Source of the DNA: an uncultured Sneathiellales bacterium
Lineage (GTDB): Bacteria; Pseudomonadota; Alphaproteobacteria; CAYFNG01
Length of the DNA stretch: 64,000 nt
Assembly: GCA_964344385.1 (NCBI GenBank)
Contig: CAYFNG010000005.1
Location: forward strand, 23,583 to 87,582
Direction: 5' to 3'
The notes under the pieces were generated by a model, which was not told where the DNA came from, searched no databases, and was given only the letters and a program-made list of their open reading frames with translations. Below are positions 56,421-64,000 of the stretch, in pieces. The stretch's first letter is position 1. Each line of letters starts with the position of its first letter. A program made the translations under genes and the position numbers.

Positions 56421-57725
56421 ATGAGCAAGACCTATGACGCGGTGGTCATCGGGGCGGGGATTATCGGCACCGCGGTGGCGTTCGAATTGGCAAAAAACGG
56501 CAAGCGGGTGCTGGGCCTCGACATGCTGCCGGCCGCCGGCTACGGCTCGACATCCAATTCCTGCGCCATCATCCGGGTGCATTATTCCACCCTGGACGGC
56601 ACCGCCGTGGCCTATGACGGGTATTTCTTCTGGAGGGACTGGGCCGACTATCTGGAAGCCCCCGCCGGGGAGGATCTGGCGGTGTTCAACAATTGCGGTT
56701 GCCTGGTCATGAAGACCGAAGGAAACGACCATCTCAGCCGCATCATCGGCCATCTCGATACCCTGTCGATCCCTTACGAACATTGGGACGGCGACCGGAT
56801 TCGCCAGCGCCTGCCGATTTTCGACCTGAAATGCTTCTCTCCGGCCAAGCGCATGGACCAGCCCGGCTTTGGCGAGCCCACCGGCGGTGAACTGGCGGGC
56901 GGCATCTACTTCCCCACCGGCGGCTATATCTCGGATCCGCAGCTTGCGACCCGCAACATCCAGGACGCCGCGGCGCGCAAGGGCGCCGAGTTCATCTTCA
57001 ACCGACGGGTTGTCGAGATCCTCAAGCAGGGCAACCGGGTTCAGGGCGTGGTGCTGGACGACGGCACGAGGATCGACGCACCGGTGGTGATCAACGTCAC
57101 CGGCCCGCATTCATCCAAGGTCAACGAGATGGCCGGGGTCACCGGCGACATGCGGATCACCACCCGGGCCCTGCGCCAGGAGGTGGTCCATGTGCCGGCG
57201 CCCGAGGGCTTCGACATGGGAGCGAACGGCCTGGTGATCAGCGACAGCGATATCAGCGCCTATAGCCGGCCCGAGATCGGCAACCACATCCTGGTCGGCA
57301 GCGAAGATCCGCCCTGCGATCCCCATGATTGGGTCGACGCGGACGATTTCGACCGCAATTTCACCGATCAGTGGACCACCCAGGCGATGCGCCAGGCCCA
57401 GCGCATCCCGACCCTGGGCATTCCCAGCCGCATGGCCGGGGTTGTCGACCTCTACGACGCGACCGAGGACTGGGGCCCGATCTACGACCGGTCAAACCTG
57501 GACGGCTTCTACATGGCCTGCGGCAGCAGCGGCAACCAGTTCAAGAACGCCCAGGTCGCCGGCAAGTTGATGGCCGGGCTGGTCGACTATTGCGAGGCCG
57601 GTAACGACCACGACGCGACGCCGATGCCCCTGAAACTCACGCACCTCGACTACACGGTCGACACCGGCTCGTTCTCGCGTCGCCGCGAGATCAACCAGGA
57701 CAGCAGCTTCTCGGTGTTGGGATAA
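56421..57725 (+). CDS. FAD-dependent oxidoreductase (DAO/sarcosine-oxidase-beta-like)
   Basis: YDAVVIGAGIIGTAVAFELAKNGKRVLGLD dinucleotide-binding motif. Confidence 0.8.
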   Translation: MSKTYDAVVIGAGIIGTAVAFELAKNGKRVLGLDMLPAAGYGSTSNSCAIIRVHYSTLDGTAVAYDGYFFWRDWADYLEAPAGEDLAVFNNCGCLVMKTEGNDHLSRIIGHLDTLSIPYEHWDGDRIRQRLPIFDLKCFSPAKRMDQPGFGEPTGGELAGGIYFPTGGYISDPQLATRNIQDAAARKGAEFIFNRRVVEILKQGNRVQGVVLDDGTRIDAPVVINVTGPHSSKVNEMAGVTGDMRITTRALRQEVVHVPAPEGFDMGANGLVISDSDISAYSRPEIGNHILVGSEDPPCDPHDWVDADDFDRNFTDQWTTQAMRQAQRIPTLGIPSRMAGVVDLYDATEDWGPIYDRSNLDGFYMACGSSGNQFKNAQVAGKLMAGLVDYCEAGNDHDATPMPLKLTHLDYTVDTGSFSRRREINQDSSFSVLG

Positions 57726-57748
57726 GCGCAGGACGGAACGGCCGCAGC

Positions 57749-58432
57749 TTAACCACCCGCCAGCCAGGCCTGAAAGGCGCGCGCGCCCTCGCCTGAGAAG
57801 CTGACCACGCGGCTTGCCTTATGCCGCCGGGCCCAGCCGAGGGTTTCCAGCCGGCTGAACACCGCCCGGCCAAGGCTGCCGGCCAGGTGCGATCGGCGTT
57901 CGCTCCAGTCGAGGCATTCGCGACACAGCGGGGCGCGGGCCGCGACCAACGTGTCCAGGTCGATCCCGAAGCCCAGCATCTCGGCCCGGCCGGACTCAGT
58001 CAGGACCAGGTCGTCGCCGTCCCTGATCAGGTGATTCCTGTCCACCAGGGATTCGAAAAGCTGCGTACCCATTTCGCCGGCCAAGTGGTTGTAGCAGACC
58101 CGCGCCTTTTTCAGGGCAGCGTCCTTCGGCCCGGTGCGGGTGCGGAGGTGGCCTGCCCCCGCCGCCAGCCCCATCAGACCCTCCAGCACCTTGGCAACCT
58201 CATCGCTGGCCAGGGAAAAGTACTTGTGGCGCCCCTGGCGGCGCAGGGCCAGCAGGCCGCCGACCTGGAGCTTCGCGAGGTGAGCGCTGGCGGTCTGCAG
58301 GGTCACGCCGGCTTCGTTGGCAAGCTCGGTCGCGGTGAGTGCCTTGCCGCTCATCAATGCGGTCAGGATGTTGGCACGGGCCGGATCGCCAATCAGGGCC
58401 GCCACCCGCGAGATATCAGGTCCTGTTTTCAT
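57749..58432 (-). CDS. ArsR-family transcriptional regulator with a C-terminal extension domain
   Basis: wHTH ISRVAALIGDPARANILTALMSGKALTATELANEAGVTLQTASAHLAKL. ~120-aa C-terminal domain with paired Cys (CRECLDW). Confidence 0.75.
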   Translation of the reverse strand: MKTGPDISRVAALIGDPARANILTALMSGKALTATELANEAGVTLQTASAHLAKLQVGGLLALRRQGRHKYFSLASDEVAKVLEGLMGLAAGAGHLRTRTGPKDAALKKARVCYNHLAGEMGTQLFESLVDRNHLIRDGDDLVLTESGRAEMLGFGIDLDTLVAARAPLCRECLDWSERRSHLAGSLGRAVFSRLETLGWARRHKASRVVSFSGEGARAFQAWLAGG

Positions 58433-58545
58433 AGTTCGACCGTAAACGAAGCATTCACGGCAGGCAACCGGTTATAAAATGCAGACCGAATGAGGGAGAG
58501 ATCTGTGCTGAACGCCAGCTTCCACTGTCAGGTTTGGCAGCAAGG

Positions 58546-59460
58546 ATGAGCGCCGCGCCCAACCGCGCGATTGAGTCGCTGTTCCTCGGCCTGCTGGCAT
58601 TGCTTTGGGGCTCGTCCTACCTGTTCATCAAGGTGGCGGTGAGCGAAATAACCCCAATCACCCTGATCGCCCTCAGGGTCAGCGGAGCGGCATTGTTCCT
58701 ATGGCTGGTCCTGGTCTGGCGCCGCAGGCGATTGCCGCGCGACCCGAGGACCTGGCGCCGGCTTGGGATTCAGGCGGTCCTGAACAGCATCGCCGCCTGG
58801 ACATTGCTGGCCTGGGGGCAGCAGCATGTCGATGCCGGGCTGGCGAGCGTCCTCAATTCGACCTCACCGATCTTCGTCTATCTGTTCACCGCTGTCGCCA
58901 TCCAGCAGCAGTCGCCGGGCCGGCGAAAGCTGCTGGGGGCCGTTTTGGGTCTGTCCGGCGTTGTTCTGATCGTCGGCGTGGACGTATTGGCCGGGCTGGG
59001 CACGGCGGTCGCGGGACAATTGGCGTGCCTTGTCAGCGCCATGCTTTACGCCGGGGCTGCCATGCACGGCCGGCGGTTTACCGGGCTGGGTGCCCTGGAG
59101 ACGGCGCTTGGCACCCTGATCTGGGCCAGCGCCGTGCTCGTGCCGGCGGCGTTTGTCTTTGAAGCCCCCCTCGACCTCACGCCCAGCCCACAGGCCGTCG
59201 CCGCGACCGCCGTTCTTTCGGTCCTGTGTACCGGTGTTGCGCTGTTGATCTACTTTCGGCTGGTCCAGACCCTTGGGTCCATGGGCGCGGCCAGCCAGGC
59301 CTATCTGCGGGTGGGAATTGCGGTACTGTTGGGGATTGTCGTTCTGGGCGAGCGGCTGACCCTGCCCGCCACAGCAGGAATTCTGTTCGCCGTTGTCGGT
59401 GTCGTGCTGATCAATATTCCGGTTCGGGAGACGCCGAAAGCGACAGGCGACACCCGCTGA
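58546..59460 (+). CDS. EamA/DMT-family transporter
   Basis: 10 TM. Two EamA repeats (…[14 protein letters not shown]…). Confidence 0.75.
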   Translation: MSAAPNRAIESLFLGLLALLWGSSYLFIKVAVSEITPITLIALRVSGAALFLWLVLVWRRRRLPRDPRTWRRLGIQAVLNSIAAWTLLAWGQQHVDAGLASVLNSTSPIFVYLFTAVAIQQQSPGRRKLLGAVLGLSGVVLIVGVDVLAGLGTAVAGQLACLVSAMLYAGAAMHGRRFTGLGALETALGTLIWASAVLVPAAFVFEAPLDLTPSPQAVAATAVLSVLCTGVALLIYFRLVQTLGSMGAASQAYLRVGIAVLLGIVVLGERLTLPATAGILFAVVGVVLINIPVRETPKATGDTR

Positions 59461-59693
59461 ATCATCATGTGGCTACCGCAGGTTTCGCCGCCCTGGGCCA
59501 ACCCGCCACAGGCGCGATCGCCCGCCTGTGTCCCATTTTTTCCCTGATCCCCGGGTGCCAATCTGGTATGTCTAACCATGTCGGTTATCCAAGTAGGGGC
59601 TTGCCGCCCAGTCAGGGGCGATCGGAACCGGCCCAGCACGGTTCCGGAACTTCGCGACCGGTGTCGCGGACCGGTTCTCTCAAGGAGGAAATT

Positions 59694-62600
59694 GTGAACG
59701 TTCGGGTGACGGCCGGGAAGTCGGCGAAGGGCAAGAAGAAACCGGAACTGCCGGTGCGTTTCGTGACCGCCGCCAGCCTGTTCGACGGCCATGACGCGTC
59801 GATCAACATCATGCGCCGGATCCTGCAGTCCCAGGGCGTCGAGGTCATCCACCTGGGCCACAACCGCTCAGTGCTTGAGGTGGTCGAGGCGGCGGTCCAG
59901 GAGGACGTTCACGGTATCGCCGTCAGCTCCTACCAGGGCGGCCATGTCGAGTTCTTCAAGTACATGATCGACCTGTTGCGCGAGCGCGGCCGCGGCGACA
60001 TCAAGGTGTTCGGTGGCGGCGGCGGTGTCATCGTGGCGGAGGAGATCGCCGATCTGCACGACTACGGCGTCACCCGCATCTATTCGCCCGAGGACGGCCG
60101 GCGGATGGGCCTGCAGGGCATGATCGCGGACATGGTCAACCTGTCGCGGCGGGACATCGGGGCCGAACTGCCAACCGCCGATCAGCTTGCCAAAAACGCC
60201 AACCCCGCCGACCTGGCCCGCCTGATCACCGGTTTCGAGAGCGGCACCGTGCCCCAGGCCGAAGCCGAGCGCCTGCACGAATTGGCGGCGTCGCGCCAGG
60301 GGATCGCGGTGATCGGCATCACCGGGACCGGCGGCGCCGGCAAGTCATCGCTGACCGATGAGCTGATTTTGCGCTTCCGTATGCACGCCGACAACCCGCG
60401 CATTGCCATTATTGCCATTGACCCGACCCGCCGACGCAGCGGCGGCGCGCTGCTGGGCGACCGCATTCGCATGAACGCGATCGGCGGCGACGGCATCTAC
60501 CTGCGGTCACTGGCGACCCGCGATGCCGGCAACGAGGTGCCGTCCTGCATGCCGGATGTGGTGGCCGCCGCCAAGGCCGCCGATTTCGACCTGGTCATCC
60601 TGGAAACACCCGGCATTGGCCAGCGCGACAGCGGCATCGTCGATCTGTGCGACCTGTCGCTCTACGTCATGACCCCGGAATTCGGCGCCGCCAGCCAGCT
60701 GGAAAAAATCGACATGCTGGATTTCGCCGACGTGGTGGCGATCAACAAGTTCGACCGCAAGGGCGCCATGGACGCGCTGCGCGACGTCCGCAAACAGTAT
60801 ATGCGCAACCACGAGGCCTTCACCGAGGCGCCGGAGGACCAGCCGGTCTTCGGCACCATCGCCGCCCGTTTTGCCGACAGCGGCGTCACTGCCCTTTACC
60901 TTGGACTGGTAAAGAGCCTGACGGCCAAGGGGTTCGATCGGATCCGCAACCGGCTCGATGCTGAATTCGACAAGCACAGCCAGGTCCAGGACGCGATCGT
61001 TCCACCGGCGCGCCAGCGCTACCTGGCGGAAATTGCCGAAACCGTGCGCGGCTATCACCAGACGATCGACGAGCAGACCAAAATTGCCCGCGAACGCCAG
61101 CAATTGCGGGAAACCAAGCGCATGCTGACCGAGGCGGGCAAGGACGCGAGCGACCTGGACGGGCTGATCGCCAAGCGGGAGGCGGCGTTGGATGCCCGCG
61201 CCGCCAAGTTGATCGAAATCTGGCCAAAGGTGCGTGAGAGCTATTCGGGCGACGAATATGTCGTCAGAATCCGCGACAAGGAGATTCGGACCAAGCTGAC
61301 CCATACCACGCTGTCGGGCAACCAGATCCCCAAGGTCGCGCTGCCCGACTTTGCGGACGAAGGCGAGATCCTGAAATGGCTGTTGAAGGAGAACGTGCCG
61401 GGCAGCTTCCCCTATACCGCCGGTGTCTTCGCCTTCAAGCGCGAAGGCGAAGACCCGACCCGCATGTTCGCCGGCGAGGGCGATCCCTTCCGCACCAACC
61501 GCCGCTTCAAACTGCTGTCGGCGGACCAGCCGGCCAGCCGATTGTCGACGGCGTTCGATTCAGTGACGCTTTACGGGTTTGACCCGGCGGAGCGCCCCGA
61601 CATCTACGGCAAGGTCGGCAATTCCGGCGTCTCGATCGCTACCCTGGACGACCTCAAGGTGCTGTATGACGGGTTCGACCTGTGCGACCCCAAGACCTCG
61701 GTGTCGATGACCATCAACGGCCCGGCGCCGATGATGCTGGCGATGTTCCTGAACGTCGCCATCGACCAGCAGACCGACAAGTTCGAGCGCGACAACGGCC
61801 GCGTGCCGACCGACGAGGAGATCGCCAAGATCCGCGCCTGGGTCCACGAGAACGTGCGGGGCACCATCCAGGCCGACATCCTGAAGGAAGACCAGGGCCA
61901 GAACACCTGCATCTTCGCGACCGAGTTCGCGCTCAAGATGATGGCCGATATCGCCGAGTACTTCGTCCACCACCGGGTCCGGAACTTCTACTCGGTGTCG
62001 ATTTCCGGCTACCACATCGCCGAGGCCGGCGCCAACCCGATCTCGCAGCTGGCGTTTACGCTGGCCAACGGTTTCACCTACGTCGAGGCCTATCTGGCGC
62101 GTGGCATGCACATCGACGATTTTGCGCCCAACCTCTCGTTCTTCTTCTCCAACGGCATGGATCCGGAATACACGGTGATGGGCCGGGTGGCGCGGCGCAT
62201 CTGGGCCACCGCCATGCGCTTCAAGTACGGCGCCGACGAGCGCTCCCAGAAGCTGAAATACCACACCCAGACCTCGGGCCGGTCGCTGCACGCCCAGGAA
62301 ATGTCGTTCAACGACATCCGGACCACGCTGCAGGCCCTGATCGCCACCTATGACAATACCAACAGCCTGCACACCAACGCCTATGACGAGGCGGTCACCA
62401 CGCCGACCGGGGAATCGGTGCGGCGGGCACTGGCCATCCAGATGATCATCAACCGCGAATGGGGCCTGGCCAAGAACGAGAACCCCAATCAGGGCAGCTT
62501 CATCATCGAGGAACTGACCGACCTGGTGGAAGAGGCGGTGCTGCAGGAGTTCGAGCGCATTGCCGAACGCGGCGGCGTATTGGGTGCCATGGAAACCGGC

Positions 62601-62957
62601 TATCAGCGCGGCAAGATCCAGGACGAATCGCTCTACTACGAAACCAAGAAGCATGACGGCACGCTGCCGATCATCGGGGTCAACACGTTCCTCAATCCGG
62701 ACACCGACGGGACCTTGCCGACCCCGGAACTGGCGCGCTCGACCGAAGAAGAGAAGCAAAGCCAGCTCAGCCGGCTGGGCGAATTCCAGGATCGCCACCG
62801 CGATGCCGCCGGGCCGATGTTGGCGCGTCTGAAGGCAACGGCGACCGCGGGCGACAACATCTTCGCGGTGCTGGTGGATGCGGTCCGGGTCTGTTCATTG
62901 GGCCAGATCACCGATGCCCTGTTCGAAGCCGGCGGGCAGTACCGCCGAAACGTCTAG
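59694..62957 (+). CDS. icmF: Fused isobutyryl-CoA mutase (B12-binding domain + MeaB-like G-protein + mutase catalytic domain)
   Basis: GTG start 5 nt after AAGGAGG. B12-binding DxHxxG ([13 protein letters not shown]). MeaB P-loop [12 protein letters not shown]. Mutase TIM barrel (…[25 protein letters not shown]…). Confidence 0.9.
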   Translation: MNVRVTAGKSAKGKKKPELPVRFVTAASLFDGHDASINIMRRILQSQGVEVIHLGHNRSVLEVVEAAVQEDVHGIAVSSYQGGHVEFFKYMIDLLRERGRGDIKVFGGGGGVIVAEEIADLHDYGVTRIYSPEDGRRMGLQGMIADMVNLSRRDIGAELPTADQLAKNANPADLARLITGFESGTVPQAEAERLHELAASRQGIAVIGITGTGGAGKSSLTDELILRFRMHADNPRIAIIAIDPTRRRSGGALLGDRIRMNAIGGDGIYLRSLATRDAGNEVPSCMPDVVAAAKAADFDLVILETPGIGQRDSGIVDLCDLSLYVMTPEFGAASQLEKIDMLDFADVVAINKFDRKGAMDALRDVRKQYMRNHEAFTEAPEDQPVFGTIAARFADSGVTALYLGLVKSLTAKGFDRIRNRLDAEFDKHSQVQDAIVPPARQRYLAEIAETVRGYHQTIDEQTKIARERQQLRETKRMLTEAGKDASDLDGLIAKREAALDARAAKLIEIWPKVRESYSGDEYVVRIRDKEIRTKLTHTTLSGNQIPKVALPDFADEGEILKWLLKENVPGSFPYTAGVFAFKREGEDPTRMFAGEGDPFRTNRRFKLLSADQPASRLSTAFDSVTLYGFDPAERPDIYGKVGNSGVSIATLDDLKVLYDGFDLCDPKTSVSMTINGPAPMMLAMFLNVAIDQQTDKFERDNGRVPTDEEIAKIRAWVHENVRGTIQADILKEDQGQNTCIFATEFALKMMADIAEYFVHHRVRNFYSVSISGYHIAEAGANPISQLAFTLANGFTYVEAYLARGMHIDDFAPNLSFFFSNGMDPEYTVMGRVARRIWATAMRFKYGADERSQKLKYHTQTSGRSLHAQEMSFNDIRTTLQALIATYDNTNSLHTNAYDEAVTTPTGESVRRALAIQMIINREWGLAKNENPNQGSFIIEELTDLVEEAVLQEFERIAERGGVLGAMETGYQRGKIQDESLYYETKKHDGTLPIIGVNTFLNPDTDGTLPTPELARSTEEEKQSQLSRLGEFQDRHRDAAGPMLARLKATATAGDNIFAVLVDAVRVCSLGQITDALFEAGGQYRRNV

Positions 62958-63141
62958 AACTACAGTTTTTTCTTGCTAAACCTAGCTGGCGCCACCTATG
63001 CTCAGGGAAAATAATGTCACAGATAAGGGCAGTCGGATACCATGTGAAGTGGCAACTAGCGTTTTGCCACGGAACACATTCGTTACTCTAATAAAAGACT
63101 AGATTTATCCCGATTGGCCCGTATTCGTAGAATGTAGAGAG

Positions 63142-63882
63142 ATGTCAACCGTTGTTCCATTGAGATGCCACGGCTGCAGGGCGCGCCATGTCGGGATCTG
63201 TGAGCCGATCACCGACGAGCATTTGGATATCGTCGAGAAGTTCAAAAGCGGCAACCGCATCCTGAAAGCCGGCACCGACCTGTTTCGCGAAGGGGAATAT
63301 TCTTACGAGCTCTACAATCTGCTGGACGGTTGGGTCTATTCCTACCACTTGCTCGAGGACGGACGGCGTCAGATCCTGGAGTTCATCCTGCCCGGCGCCT
63401 TTGTCGGCTTCGAATCCAATTTGCGGGCGCCGCTGACCTATTCCGCCCAGTGCCTGACCGAAGTCGCGGTCTGCGTCTTCCCACGCGAAAAGATCCCCGA
63501 CCTGTTCCGCGAGCACCCGGAACTTGCCATTCGCATGACCCGGATGTGCGCCAAGGAACGCATGCTGATCGCCGGCCATTTGACCAGTGTCGGACGCCGC
63601 ACCGCCCGCGAACGGGTCGCCTGTCTGTTGACGGAACTCTACAACCGGCTGGTGGTTCTGAGCCGAGGTACCAAGAACGAGGTTACCCTGCCGCTGACCC
63701 AGGAACATATCGGCGATGCCTTGGGCCTGTCGGCGGTGCATGTCAGCCGCACCCTGCGGGATTTCAGGGCCGCGGGATGGGTCACCATTCGCCGTGGCGA
63801 AATCCGGCTACACAACCCGTCCGCGGTTGCCCAGGTCGGCTGCGCCGAGACCATCGCCGCATTCAGCGACACCGTCCCTTAA
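63142..63882 (+). CDS. fnr: Crp/Fnr-family transcriptional regulator with an N-terminal Cys cluster (FNR-type O2 sensor-like)
   Basis: N-terminal CHGCRARHVGIC (C-x2-C-x7-C), a cNMP-like beta-roll, and C-terminal HTH …EHIGDALGLSAVHVSRTLRDF…. AT-rich upstream region. Confidence 0.8.
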   Translation: MSTVVPLRCHGCRARHVGICEPITDEHLDIVEKFKSGNRILKAGTDLFREGEYSYELYNLLDGWVYSYHLLEDGRRQILEFILPGAFVGFESNLRAPLTYSAQCLTEVAVCVFPREKIPDLFREHPELAIRMTRMCAKERMLIAGHLTSVGRRTARERVACLLTELYNRLVVLSRGTKNEVTLPLTQEHIGDALGLSAVHVSRTLRDFRAAGWVTIRRGEIRLHNPSAVAQVGCAETIAAFSDTVP

Positions 63883-64000
63883 CGCCGGTCCAAAAAAACA
63901 ATGAATAAGGGGCCGCGCATGATCGGCGGTTTCGGCGCACGGAAACCGGCCCTGGGGCCGGATCCTCGTTTGGAACGATGATGTCTCCGTGACCGCAGGT

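Noticed and set aside
59461-59693. Cobalamin riboswitch upstream of the B12-dependent icmF
   Set aside because: Only a fragmentary B12-box-like motif is present, with wrong spacing, and the conserved GCCACUG and GGUGCC elements were not found in the correct arrangement. B12-dependent enzymes are also not typical riboswitch targets.

Overview
High-GC (~65%) chromosomal segment, alphaproteobacterial in character (Rhodospirillales-like codon usage), with dense coding on both strands. Housekeeping and accessory genes: the 3' end of a 2-oxoacid:ferredoxin oxidoreductase beta subunit, a glnK-amtB nitrogen operon, an amidase, the 2H phosphoesterase ThpR, a fructosamine kinase plus LMW tyrosine phosphatase pair, the sirtuin CobB, a Lon-like AAA+ protease with a tandem universal stress protein, a soluble MCP with a bacteriohemerythrin, a YifB/ComM ATPase, an IclR-regulated aromatic acid CoA ligase with an FAD monooxygenase, AmpG, an OYE-family Fe-S flavoenzyme, a complete pspF/pspABC phage-shock module, GST, an HpcH aldolase, a sulfatase, several FAD/GMC oxidoreductases, a TetR-regulated lipase, the fused isobutyryl-CoA mutase IcmF and an FNR-type regulator. 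The most interesting part is 38.3-46.7 kb. A sigma54 enhancer-binding protein sits beside a cluster encoding three secreted Gln/Asn-rich curlin-repeat proteins (one giant, with nine ~70-aa repeats), a periplasmic C39 cysteine peptidase and a coiled-coil plus beta-barrel outer-membrane protein. Two well-spaced sigma54 promoters (TGGCAT-N5-TTGC) precede it and no CsgG/E/F is present. This looks like a Fap-type export machinery (FapD/FapF analogues) combined with CsgA-like subunits, a hybrid functional-amyloid system. Other non-coding signals: a 125-bp perfect palindrome (59-bp stem), a family of ~65-bp GC-rich palindromic dispersed repeats (3 copies), a 3.5-kb low-GC insertion flanked by ~30-bp direct repeats, a nested TetR operator, and attenuator hairpins inside the psp and amyloid operons. 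No tRNA, rRNA, CRISPR or transposase genes were recognised.
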